64,000 bases of DNA from a virus. Taxonomy: Duplodnaviria > Caudoviricetes. The notes beneath the pieces are model-generated. The model saw only the letters and a program-made list of their open reading frames with translations, was not told the DNA's origin and searched no databases. The first letter of the stretch is position 1, and every line of letters begins with the position of its first letter. Below, in pieces: positions 11,146 to 20,992 of the stretch. A program made the position numbers and the translations under genes. The DNA lies in the IMG/VR virus record IMGVR_UViG_2896054739_000007, positions 32,001 through 96,000 of that record; one strand, given 5' to 3'.

Positions 11146-11196
11146 ACTCTTTCTCCTTTAATTAAATTTTTTGCTTTGAAATTGGCTTTTCAACTG

Positions 11197-11718
11197 CTAA
11201 TCTTGATATCCATTTACTAGGACATTTTCATATAATTTTATTGTTTGTTTTGTACCAAAAATCTTCTTATTCAAGTCTTCGATACATTGTCTACAATACT
11301 GTTCATCAATACTTTTTACTTCTTTTTCTAATCCCCTACTTACTAATTCTTCTCTAACAATAGGAACAGAATCAAATGCTTCATTATCTGTATAATATTT
11401 GAGTAGTTCATCATTAGTTATTTCAGAAATAACTTCCTTGCAATTTTCTTCTTCTCCAAAATTCGAACAATGAAAACCACATCCACCATTTATCCCTTGA
11501 CTAAAACATGAATCTCCACCACTCAATATGTAACGATCATATGCATTTCTTTCAGATTGAATCCTCGGTTCTAACTCATGTTTTATTCGAAAATTAGCAC
11601 TATATAATTTATCATCTGTTTTTCTATATTCTCTTTGCAAATCCCCATATTCTTTTTGTAATTTTTCATACTTATATTTCAGATTTTCATATTTTTCTTC
11701 TATGGTGTCACTATACAA
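11197..11718 (-). CDS. Hypothetical coiled-coil protein
   Basis: ORF track. Confidence 0.6.
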   Translation of the reverse strand: MYSDTIEEKYENLKYKYEKLQKEYGDLQREYRKTDDKLYSANFRIKHELEPRIQSERNAYDRYILSGGDSCFSQGINGGCGFHCSNFGEEENCKEVISEITNDELLKYYTDNEAFDSVPIVREELVSRGLEKEVKSIDEQYCRQCIEDLNKKIFGTKQTIKLYENVLVNGYQD

Positions 11719-12662
11719 TATTTACATCACACCTTCCTTTTACACATTCCAAAATTCTATTTTTACCAATATTAAATATCTCTTCATCATTCTCAATACA
11801 AATACATTTCCTGGCTGTCCTAATAGTAGCTACGCAAGTTGTCATACTACCAGCCGTTGAATCAAGCACAGTATCGCCCTCATCAGTATAAGTTTTAATA
11901 ATTTCTTCTACTAATGCTACTGGCTTTTGAGTTGGAGTTAATGCACACTTTTGGGTATCTTTGGCGAATAGCCAAACTGACTTAGGAAATCTCTCTGTAC
12001 TGTCATATGTATGATTTTTGATTTCGTTGTAATTTGTTGACTGCTTACTATTTCTTTTGTGGGACGCTGTACTTACTTTCCTGATGTATCCACTTGTTTT
12101 CTGAGGATTATACGTTGGTTGTTTCTTATAGAAAACACACATATCCTCATGGTTTCTCATTGGCATTCTATTAGCATTCTGGAACCCTGTAGGTTGTGTT
12201 TTCTCCCAAATGAGATTGTATTTTCTCCCAAATGAGATTGTATTTCCACATCTCACGATTGCTCTCCATAAGATCAGCGGTAAACATTCCGTTTGCAAAT
12301 AGAATAATTGCGCCATTATCTTTAATAATTCTTTTATATTGAGTCCATAACCCTATAGACTTATTTTCTTCAAAATACGCAAGCGCACCATTATAATTAG
12401 TTTCTCCTTGCTTATAACACCACAAAAGAAAATCATCTTTATAAAATACCTTTGGTTTCTTTCTCACTTCTAAAGTTATATAGTCATTAAATGGAATTAC
12501 TATATCCCAAGCATTCCTGGCGGTCTGCCCAAACGGAAGATCTGTGATAATTGCATCTATAGATCTATCAGGAATATCATCCATCAGTTTTAGACAATCA
12601 CCTTGCCATAATTCATAATTATTATTCTCAAATATTTTCTTTTCCCAGAAAGGCATGATCAT
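11711..12662 (-). pseudogene. N4/N6 DNA methyltransferase frameshifted by a 22-bp tandem duplication
   Basis: TDLPF in the 5' ORF; PTQKP and LDSTAGS in the 3' ORF; duplicated KYNLIWEK-coding segment at 12199-12242. Confidence 0.88.
12199..12242. repeat. Perfect 2x22-bp tandem repeat ttttctcccaaatgagattgta
   Basis: Read directly. Confidence 0.95.
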
Positions 12663-12974
12663 CTTACGGTTGCAACACCTTTGTTCCTTTCTGTGTTATT
12701 TTTCTTAAACTTCCTTGATTTTATCTGCTAACAAATTTATTAATCTTGCACCATGCGGATATAACGCATTTTCCATTACTATGTAATCTAATTGCATCAT
12801 TCCTCTACCTTGATTTTCTTCAATAATATCTGCTAATATATTGAAAAAATCTGCTTGTTGCGCTGAATCCATATTCCAGAACTCTTCAGCTAATTCCTGT
12901 GGATTCATTTCTATATTAACCTCTCTTGTTACTATTTCTTTTCACCTCCTCTTGATGAAACAGATTTTTCATGG

Positions 12975-13289
12975 TTATTCATTATAGTTAATTACACCAC
13001 ATTCCTTTAAAATATCCATTGCAAATTTACCGACATCTTCAAATTTACTATGCTGAGTAGAAAATTTTGCAATCTGATCTACCATGTAAATTGTTTTTGA
13101 TACCTTTACTTGATCTTTCAGTCCGCCATGTTGAGTAATAGCATAAACGATATATGCCAAATCTTCTGGATTATACTCCTTTACTTCGTACCCAAAATCT
13201 TTCAACATTTTCTTGGTCATTTTTTCATCACTCAAGACTGTTTTCACCATCTTGTCAAGCTGTTCATCTGTTATCTTATTATCTTCCAT
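12975..13289 (-). CDS. Hypothetical protein
   Basis: SD AAGGAG, ATG. Confidence 0.7.
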   Translation of the reverse strand: MEDNKITDEQLDKMVKTVLSDEKMTKKMLKDFGYEVKEYNPEDLAYIVYAITQHGGLKDQVKVSKTIYMVDQIAKFSTQHSKFEDVGKFAMDILKECGVINYNE

Positions 13290-13305
13290 ATAATTTCTCC
13301 TTTAC

Positions 13306-13410
13306 TATTTTACACTTGACTACCTATCAGCTTTTGTATTATGTTTAATTAACATAATTTTGTTGAGTACAATATCTCTCAACTTTCAGATGCAAAATCA
13401 CCTGATTACT
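13306..13410 (-). ncRNA. Candidate guide-RNA scaffold downstream of cas12f/tnpB
   Basis: TCAGGTG-ATTTTG-CATCTGA stem, GTTGAG/CTCAAC stem, ATTATGTT/AACATAAT stem, ends GTGTAAAAT. Confidence 0.6.
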
Positions 13411-13423
13411 TACAACAGATTTA

Positions 13424-14698
13424 TTAAACAAAATCCGTTGACATAGCAATATTTCTACTTGCATTAAAGTCTGCATTTAACTCTGCACCACAAGATTTAC
13501 ATTTAAAATGTGCCTGATCAATCCTCTGTCCCTCCTCCCAATGTCCACAACAACTACAAATCTGTGAAGTATGATATGGATTTATCTTCCTTACTTCTAT
13601 TCCATATTTGGCAGCTTTATATGTAATAAACTGTTGAAGTTCATAAAAACTCCAATTTCTTAATATAAATTGATTTGAATCAAAACCGCTTAAATCTTCT
13701 ACATTTATGTATTTTGCTTTGTTCTTAACTGCAAAATCTACAACATTTTTACTGACATAATGGTTATATGTTTTTACAAAATTTCTTTCTCTGTCTTTTA
13801 ATTTCTCTAATGGTTTTAATTTCTTTTGTCTACCGTGCCCACCAGATGTTGATGCTAGGGATTTTTGTAATCTTCTTCTCTGTGACTGTAATTGTGTTCT
13901 AATTCTTAAAAAATCATCTTTAGAACCAATAGATTGTCTTATATAATCATTTGTATTCAATCCACACATAGCAGGTATAGCAAGTCCTAAATCTACACCA
14001 ACAACTATATTTTCATCCAATTCTAGTTCTTGCTTGGGGATATCCATACTAAGATTTAAAATAATTTTCTTACCATCAATTTGAATAGAAGATCCGCACA
14101 CCTTATAGTTCTCTTCAAATATCTGCTGAATTTCGCTTCGTAAATATGCTGATTTATGTGGATTACCGAAAATCATTTTGAATGTAATATTGTTTGCAAA
14201 TTTAATAAATACTTCTAAATCTTTTGAGTACAGATGATCTAAGAAATCTGTATGTGATTCATAATTATGATACATTCCATTGTCTTGGTGATAATTTGTA
14301 CTTCGTAATCTCACAAAATTAACATGGACTAATAATGGATTATTTTTTCTATATGTTGGCAGAGAGACTTTCCCACATAGCAACCCATTTTTACATGAAT
14401 TTGCAAAGTCTTGTTTTACTTGTTTCACTACATATCCTAAATTCATATTTTTTGCAAATTCTATTGATTTATCATAAGCACTCCCTTTTTTACTATTACT
14501 TACTCTTGAATATAATCTATTTAATTCTTTTCTGTCTTCTTTAGAAATATCTTTTATTGCAGCAATGTATAACGCACTCATATATTGATTCATCGCTTTA
14601 TTCTGATAGAAAATACCATCTCTAAGATATTTATAAACCCTATCTATTTCTTCTTTTTCTCCTAATGGAATTATTTGAATTTTTCTTGTTAATATCAA
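13424..14698 (-). CDS. Cas12f1-like/TnpB-family RNA-guided nuclease (about 424 aa)
   Basis: RuvC VGVDLG, INVEDL, NADFNA; zinc finger CSCC...CKSC; GGHGRQKK motif; SD CAGGAGG before TTG at 14698. Confidence 0.88.
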   Translation of the reverse strand: MILTRKIQIIPLGEKEEIDRVYKYLRDGIFYQNKAMNQYMSALYIAAIKDISKEDRKELNRLYSRVSNSKKGSAYDKSIEFAKNMNLGYVVKQVKQDFANSCKNGLLCGKVSLPTYRKNNPLLVHVNFVRLRSTNYHQDNGMYHNYESHTDFLDHLYSKDLEVFIKFANNITFKMIFGNPHKSAYLRSEIQQIFEENYKVCGSSIQIDGKKIILNLSMDIPKQELELDENIVVGVDLGLAIPAMCGLNTNDYIRQSIGSKDDFLRIRTQLQSQRRRLQKSLASTSGGHGRQKKLKPLEKLKDRERNFVKTYNHYVSKNVVDFAVKNKAKYINVEDLSGFDSNQFILRNWSFYELQQFITYKAAKYGIEVRKINPYHTSQICSCCGHWEEGQRIDQAHFKCKSCGAELNADFNASRNIAMSTDFV

Positions 14699-14730
14699 TC
14701 TATTTTGCCTCCTGTTTTGTATCATAAGCA

Positions 14731-14895
14731 ATTTTGACTTTGTATCTATATAATTTTATAAAAAATACAAAGTCCGTTACATCAAATTAGACTATAGCAA
14801 CTTTGTATCAATGCAATATTATATATATAAAATTACATAGATTTTAGTGATTAGAATATATCTATCACCTTTCGGCAGCAAAATCTACCGTAGTT
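14731..14895 (-). ncRNA. Second candidate guide-RNA scaffold upstream of cas12f/tnpB
   Basis: CGGTAG-ATTTTG-CTGCCG stem, AAAG, GTGAT/ATCAC stem, third stem, ACAAA, TGTAA; same layout as the downstream copy. Confidence 0.55.
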
Positions 14896-14958
14896 TATAC
14901 TAATTGTTGGTGGATTTTTTCCACCATTTTTCCAATAAAATCTCGAATTTATTGCTTA

Positions 14959-15870
14959 TTAATGTGACATTTTATCTGCTCTATGTAACTTCATTACTTT
15001 ATCATACAACCATTCGCCCCAAAATCGCTCATATTTTGACATTGTATCTTCTCCATGTTCTTTATCTTTTTCCCAAAAGTACGGAAACATATGTAAATTA
15101 ATCAAAATTGATACATCTAATTTATCTACACCAGACGGATATAAATAAAACAGACTGTCATATGCACCTACACAATGATGCTGATAGTAATGTGCTATAT
15201 TCGTTGTTTCTCCTTTTGAATTTACAAAAGTCTTTGTAAACGGTTTCCCACAATCATGTAAAAAACCAGCACATTCCAATAGTTTATCTTGTGCTAAAAA
15301 TGCACTTACTTTTCTACAATGTAATCCAAGAGTCATTGAATGATGTGGATTATCCTGCTCATAATTTAAATGATTATTTACCCAACATCCCATCACCTTA
15401 CGAATATCATCTTTAAATTCAATTGAAATATCATCCCACCCTTCAAACCAATAGGGTGTATTCCAATTCATATACATTCTTTTGATCACATCATATGGAA
15501 CATTTCTATCTCTTGAATCATTCCTATTACAACATTCAGCAAACGGTGTTGCCATAATAACGCACTTTTTATAACAAGGAATATTTTTTAATTCAGATAA
15601 AAATGCTCTACGCCTTTTTGAATTGATGTTGGTAGCATCATAAATAACATTTTTACCTTCTTTTAAATTCCCCTTGATTCTATCATGTAAAACTTTAAAA
15701 ACTTCTTCATTTTTATCCTGCGAATTTATATCACCACACAATTCTTTTCTAATTGTGTCTGAACTACAAATTATTGCTTCTAAATCATTTGATAATTCTT
15801 TTGCATAGGTAGATTTACCAGAGCCAGGCAAACCTACCATCATAACAAAAGTTGGTTTTGTATTATTCAT
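14959..15870 (-). CDS. Polynucleotide kinase (AAA_33) fused to HD domain
   Basis: GLPGSGKST, YDATN, HH...H...LHDCGKP. Confidence 0.85.
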   Translation of the reverse strand: MNNTKPTFVMMVGLPGSGKSTYAKELSNDLEAIICSSDTIRKELCGDINSQDKNEEVFKVLHDRIKGNLKEGKNVIYDATNINSKRRRAFLSELKNIPCYKKCVIMATPFAECCNRNDSRDRNVPYDVIKRMYMNWNTPYWFEGWDDISIEFKDDIRKVMGCWVNNHLNYEQDNPHHSMTLGLHCRKVSAFLAQDKLLECAGFLHDCGKPFTKTFVNSKGETTNIAHYYQHHCVGAYDSLFYLYPSGVDKLDVSILINLHMFPYFWEKDKEHGEDTMSKYERFWGEWLYDKVMKLHRADKMSH

Positions 15871-17194
15871 TTATAACTAACTCCTCTGCTTCCTCCATAT
15901 CTGGAGTATCCGCTTTATCCTTAATAATCCCTTCAAGTACCTTAAAACTGAAATTCTTATGTTTATATGCCGTAAATTTCTCTCGATTGTCAATTCTCAC
16001 TACAACTCCTTCTCTTACATGGGTCTTGCCAATCGGATCAGCACCATCATAATACTTCTCCACTCTCTCCATCAGATCTTCCCATGTAGTAAATACAAAT
16101 TTCTCAAAAGTAGGAACACACTTAATCCCTAGCTTCTCACATTCAATCTGTACCTGCTCCCAAGGAAGTTCTACAGCAAATCCATCCTCATTTGTCATAG
16201 TCATTCGATATACATAAATATCATTTTCGCCTGGTTTACACCCATATGAGAATACAGTTTCCTTACCATACTGTTTTTCAAATTCCTTATCTTTGACAAG
16301 TTTATTTGAACATCTTCCCATAATTGTCTGATCGCCTTCTGTATATCCAACAATCTCATAGAATACTTCTACACCTTTTGGAAGTTTATCTTTAAAAAAG
16401 TCCTGATATTTCTGTCTGAACGCATTACTACCATAATAGCCACCTTCATAATTTCTTAATGTGGTTCTTCTTGTCCCACTAACAACTGCAAATCGCTTAA
16501 TCTCTTTATCCCTAATTTTGAATACCTTCTTTAAAATAAAATGTCTCTTCTTTTTTACAATCTCAATAGCATTTGCAGTTCTAGCAGATGTACCATGCAT
16601 TTTAAGTGTTATGTAACAGGTATCGCCCTCTCTAAAAGCATTCTGATTATATGCAAGCTGCGCAGTATCAATATGCTCTACAAAAAATGGATAAGAAACT
16701 TTTTCCTTCTCTTCTTTCCTATTTCTATTTTTATTACCAGTGGAATTGTTTTCACATCTTCTCCGATTAGAATGCGGAATATATTTTCTACAAATTTCAT
16801 GTCCATCCAACATAGAAATCTGGTCACCATCTGATAATGTTTTTACATCTACATATTTACTTAATACTTCGATTGGCAATACAAGCCCGTCTGACTTTTC
16901 ACCTCTAAGTTTAAGAGCTGTGATATTTCTCTTATCAGGATCAAGATATCCTCCAACATTATTTCCGTTTTCGTCCTTTAAACGAACAAGATTATTATCA
17001 CATGCAAACTCTTCACTTAATTGTCCATCCACAGGGAAATAAATTACTCTCTGTCCTTCTGTATAATTCAAATCTACAATTACATTATTTCCAAAGATTG
17101 TTGCACACTGCAATCTATCAGCATTACTATGTTTTCTAAGCTGCTTAATCGTTGTTATATATCCACAATATCCATTTACTCTATTCTGTTCCAA
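15863..17194 (-). CDS. RNA ligase (Rnl2/DRB0094-like, N-terminal OB domain)
   Basis: HSNADRL, LKMHGTS, EIVG, REGVVVR, YKHK. Confidence 0.88.
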   Translation of the reverse strand: MEQNRVNGYCGYITTIKQLRKHSNADRLQCATIFGNNVIVDLNYTEGQRVIYFPVDGQLSEEFACDNNLVRLKDENGNNVGGYLDPDKRNITALKLRGEKSDGLVLPIEVLSKYVDVKTLSDGDQISMLDGHEICRKYIPHSNRRRCENNSTGNKNRNRKEEKEKVSYPFFVEHIDTAQLAYNQNAFREGDTCYITLKMHGTSARTANAIEIVKKKRHFILKKVFKIRDKEIKRFAVVSGTRRTTLRNYEGGYYGSNAFRQKYQDFFKDKLPKGVEVFYEIVGYTEGDQTIMGRCSNKLVKDKEFEKQYGKETVFSYGCKPGENDIYVYRMTMTNEDGFAVELPWEQVQIECEKLGIKCVPTFEKFVFTTWEDLMERVEKYYDGADPIGKTHVREGVVVRIDNREKFTAYKHKNFSFKVLEGIIKDKADTPDMEEAEELVINE

Positions 17195-17264
17195 ATTTGC
17201 TTACCGTCATAAGCTGTGCGCACTTTTCACCTATAGGAACTTCTGATTTTATCCTTTCTTTTAT

Positions 17265-17543
17265 TTAATATGAATTTACAAATCTAATCTTTGTTACATC
17301 AGATGGGATTTTAGTTAAGTCCACTTCAAAAAAATCTCTACAACAATCATCTGCATATTCTCTTATTGCATCTTTAGGTAATTCTGTTACAATTCCATCT
17401 TCACATATTTCTCCATCAAAAAATTTCAGTATTTCATCTGGAGGTGATATATTAATTTCTTTACAGGCATTATAAATGTGTAATTTCTTTTCATACTCTT
17501 CTGTTTTTGGTTTCAATCCCTGTATATAAGAATACATGCTCAT
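17265..17543 (-). CDS. Hypothetical protein
   Basis: SD AAGGAG before MSM. Confidence 0.6.
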   Translation of the reverse strand: MSMYSYIQGLKPKTEEYEKKLHIYNACKEINISPPDEILKFFDGEICEDGIVTELPKDAIREYADDCCRDFFEVDLTKIPSDVTKIRFVNSY

Positions 17544-17576
17544 ATTTTTCTCCTTTTCTCCCAATGAAATGCAAGT

Positions 17577-17822
17577 TTAATTGACTCCACCTTTTCTAAT
17601 AATACTCTCACATGCTCGTGTTCCTATTGCTCTATAATACTTATGTGGAACACTAACAGTATCCATTTTCCTTGATTTTGCTTTCATTTCGGCTACGACA
17701 TTTTCTATGTCATAAGCAGTTTTTTCTTTATCCAATAAAGAAATTACATCATCATAAGGCGCACCAGCTTTTACCAATGCTTGTAAAAAATTTTTAAACC
17801 CATCTGCATCAATTAACCTCAC
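17577..17822 (-). CDS. MRLIDAD-type small phage protein
   Basis: N-terminal MRLIDAD and TAYD motifs. Confidence 0.7.
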   Translation of the reverse strand: MRLIDADGFKNFLQALVKAGAPYDDVISLLDKEKTAYDIENVVAEMKAKSRKMDTVSVPHKYYRAIGTRACESIIRKGGVN

Positions 17823-18243
17823 TTAAACACCTCATCAAATTATCCCAATGCTTATCTATACATTCTCTAAATTCTTTACCACATCTCTTATAACTCTTCT
17901 TTGATTTGATTTTAATATCAGAACCATAATATCCACTTGACTGCCCCTTATGTATATAACTCTTCTCTTTTTTGCTATCGAAGCAATAACAAATATATGG
18001 ATCATACATATATGATGGTTCCATACCAAATAAAATTCTAAATCTGTTATCTTCTAATTCTATTTTGAAATCGAAACCGCCAATATCATCAATAATTTCA
18101 TCTTTTAATGAATTTAGAGCATCTTCAAAAAATAGTTTTGCAGTCTCATTGAACTTTTCATTATCTGTCCATTCGTTATCAAAAATTACTGGCGATGGAT
18201 TCCCAATACCAATGCAAACATTTCCTATTAATCTTCTACGCAT
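17809..18243 (-). CDS. Hypothetical protein
   Basis: ORF track. Confidence 0.6.
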   Translation of the reverse strand: MRRRLIGNVCIGIGNPSPVIFDNEWTDNEKFNETAKLFFEDALNSLKDEIIDDIGGFDFKIELEDNRFRILFGMEPSYMYDPYICYCFDSKKEKSYIHKGQSSGYYGSDIKIKSKKSYKRCGKEFRECIDKHWDNLMRCLSEVN

Positions 18244-18711
18244 TAGTCACCATCCTGTTCCTGTGGTTCCAATCCCATTCTCATTCGCAAAACATCTTCC
18301 TCAATCTGATCTGTGTTGGTTTTGATTTCTCTGCCAAAAGCGTCTTTGATAATAATATTAACATCTTCCATATTCACTTACTCCTTAATCAAAATCGCCA
18401 TCCAGTATTCGCAATCGTATACATTTCCACCAACTTCTCCAGCATAACCACAATTGGTAGAAGAAATTTTATATCCTTGTAAAATTAGCCTATCTACTTT
18501 TTCTTTAAATACCTTATGGTCATTTTCACTAACAGTTTCTATCATGTATTTATCACCTCTCTCCATATGAATCGCAGATTTCAACAATTGTATTTTTGCA
18601 AACGTCATGATATAATTTTTATAAGTTGATAGATATGTATATCATTTGCTATTTATGACTTCGAACTTGATTAACTTAAGTTACCAAAATCTTTAGTCGG
18701 AGGTAGCTGAT

Positions 18712-18891
18712 ATGATTGCATATTTGTGTATAATTTTTTTAACAATTATTCCTATTATTACTATTGGAATTTTTATAATTTCAATTCTCAATAAGATCAA
18801 TAAACTAGAGCCAACAGAATTTGATTTAGAAACTTCTTATAGAAAATCCAAAATTAAGTTACACCTCAAGTTTAATAGGAAGAAAAAGTAA
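18712..18891 (+). CDS. 59-aa TM peptide with basic tail (type I toxin-like)
   Basis: MIAYLCIIFLTIIPIITIGIFIISIL...FNRKKK; SD GGAGGT; 5'/3' UTR complementarity. Confidence 0.65.
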   Translation: MIAYLCIIFLTIIPIITIGIFIISILNKINKLEPTEFDLETSYRKSKIKLHLKFNRKKK

Positions 18892-19005
18892 CTATCAGCT
18901 ATATACATATCATTACAATATCAACCCACTACCACACAAAGAATGTGCTACTATTCTTTGTATTGAGGTCAAAGTTAGCGATGCTTTGACCTCATCTTTT
19001 AACAT

Positions 19006-19785
19006 TCATAACCTTACAATTCTATACAAGTCCCCATCCAAATAATTTTTCAACAACCATTCTTCATCAAATCCAGTGCCATGATAGAATTCCTCTGCAA
19101 TACCTCCACCAATAGCACACAATGTATCCATGTCACAAGGAAGTGAATAAACATTTCTCAAAAACGACTCATAATCTTCACTATCCAAAAAACATCTGAT
19201 TGCCACTGGCACACTTCCTTGACAAGTAACATCCCACCTATATGTATCTCTATACTCATCCAGTTCATATTCGACACTGTACTTATAGAAATCCATCGGA
19301 TATTGTATTTTTGTATAATTGAATATTTCAGCTTTAGACGCTCCTGTCCTTGCCATATAAATACACATGGATGTTACAACTGCACCTTTGATTCCTTCAT
19401 GGTGATTGTGTGTACAATCTGCTGATTTTGTCGCCCATTCTATTACTTCTTTTTCTGTATTGAAATATTCTCCAATATATGAACACCGCATTGCTGATCC
19501 GTTGCCAAAGCTGTTATATGGTTTCTCATCATCCCATCTTAGCCAAGAATCAAACATTCCTCCATATCCTGCATTTGGATATTGTCTACCTAACTTTCTA
19601 TAGGAATCAGCAAACGGAATATTATTTTTGACTGCTAATTTAGCAGCCAGTGTCATAACCGTATCATCCGTAAAATAACAGTTATCAGTGAACAGTTCAC
19701 ATTTCTTCCAATTCAAATTTTTAGGACGCTGGAACTCATATTGAGAACCAGCTATATCACCTAAAATTGCTCCAACTATCGCCAT
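19006..19785 (-). CDS. ADP-ribosylglycohydrolase (DraG/ARH family)
   Basis: GAILGDIAGS, FTDDT, GNGSAMR, THNH, DMDT. Confidence 0.92.
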   Translation of the reverse strand: MAIVGAILGDIAGSQYEFQRPKNLNWKKCELFTDNCYFTDDTVMTLAAKLAVKNNIPFADSYRKLGRQYPNAGYGGMFDSWLRWDDEKPYNSFGNGSAMRCSYIGEYFNTEKEVIEWATKSADCTHNHHEGIKGAVVTSMCIYMARTGASKAEIFNYTKIQYPMDFYKYSVEYELDEYRDTYRWDVTCQGSVPVAIRCFLDSEDYESFLRNVYSLPCDMDTLCAIGGGIAEEFYHGTGFDEEWLLKNYLDGDLYRIVRL

Positions 19786-20268
19786 TTAATTATTCTCCTC
19801 ATTTACAACCACGTTCTTAGAGTCATCCATCGCTTTCATAGCCCTCAGATATGCTTCTGTCTGAATCGCAATCTGTTCTTCACGTTTCTTAACTGTTCTA
19901 CGTTCCTTATAAGCAAGTCTCTTGGCACGTTTCTTCTCAATTCGCTCTTGTTCTTCCTTCTGATGCTTCTCAAACTCTAACTTCTTCTCATAGACCTTCA
20001 TACCACGTTTAATCGCATTATTATAAGCTGAAGATCCACCCATAATTTTCTTTGAAATGCAGATAGAAATTGCAGACTCCAAACTGAATGTATCAGGTTC
20101 TCTACATACAGATTTCTCTTTTGTTCCATCTGCAAAAGTTACTTCTACAACCTTGTTTGGCACAATTGGATTGACATCTACAATTTTAATATCTTTCTCT
20201 CTACATGCTAAAATTTTTTCAATTGGTAACATTTCTGTATTAAATGCTCTAACATAATAATCCATCAT
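19786..20268 (-). CDS. Hypothetical phage protein (ORF track fuses it with an upstream segment to 20544)
   Basis: Internal SD GGAGGAG before MMDYY. Confidence 0.55.
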   Translation of the reverse strand: MMDYYVRAFNTEMLPIEKILACREKDIKIVDVNPIVPNKVVEVTFADGTKEKSVCREPDTFSLESAISICISKKIMGGSSAYNNAIKRGMKVYEKKLEFEKHQKEEQERIEKKRAKRLAYKERRTVKKREEQIAIQTEAYLRAMKAMDDSKNVVVNEENN

Positions 20269-20602
20269 ATTCTCTCCTCCATAACTTGAACATTTTTTAT
20301 TTTCTAAATAGTTATAAATTATTTCTCTTAATGGTATTCCGGCCAATAATGCTTGATTTACTTTATCTAAACATGCAATATAATCACCCCAACTCAAAGA
20401 ATGCCTTTGTAAAGTCATGCAAAAATTATCAACAACACAATCTTCTTCATTAGTAATTGTTTTCATAATAGTTTTTTGTTCGTCAATTTTCCTTCGTATT
20501 TCTAATTCTCTTTGTTTACTTTCTCTTATAAAGTTTCTATCCAATCATATACAATATTTATATTAGTCACCTTCCTTTGAAACGGAAATTTTATTAAATA
20601 CT

Positions 20603-20968
20603 CTAATTTTCTGTGTTATATTTTTCTTGTAACATTTTAAAATGATCTTTACAGTTCTCCAAAGCTTCAAATTCAGTATTTCCATATCCTATTACAGATA
20701 TAGAAATCCCCTCGTAATCAACAATAGAATATTCACATTTCCAAACGGGTTCATTTTCTTTCATCTGCATATATGCATCTTTACAATTACATTTAATTTC
20801 ATATTTTTCATGTACTTGTGACCAAGGACTATTAATCCAAACAGCCCATTCTTCCATATCGTCTTTTGTTAATTCTTCATCATTCTCTTTATAAAAACTA
20901 ATAAAATCATCTGTATAATAAACAATTTCTTCATTATAACAAAAACTACCTGCTTTATATTTCTTCAT
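20603..20968 (-). CDS. Hypothetical protein
   Basis: ORF track. Confidence 0.6.
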   Translation of the reverse strand: MKKYKAGSFCYNEEIVYYTDDFISFYKENDEELTKDDMEEWAVWINSPWSQVHEKYEIKCNCKDAYMQMKENEPVWKCEYSIVDYEGISISVIGYGNTEFEALENCKDHFKMLQEKYNTEN

Positions 20969-20992
20969 TTTGTCACCTATTTAAACAGAAAA

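Noticed and set aside
13290-14960. CRISPR array or IS200/IS605/IS607 transposase beside the Cas12f-like gene
   Set aside because: No regularly spaced direct repeats and no tnpA ORF in the flanks
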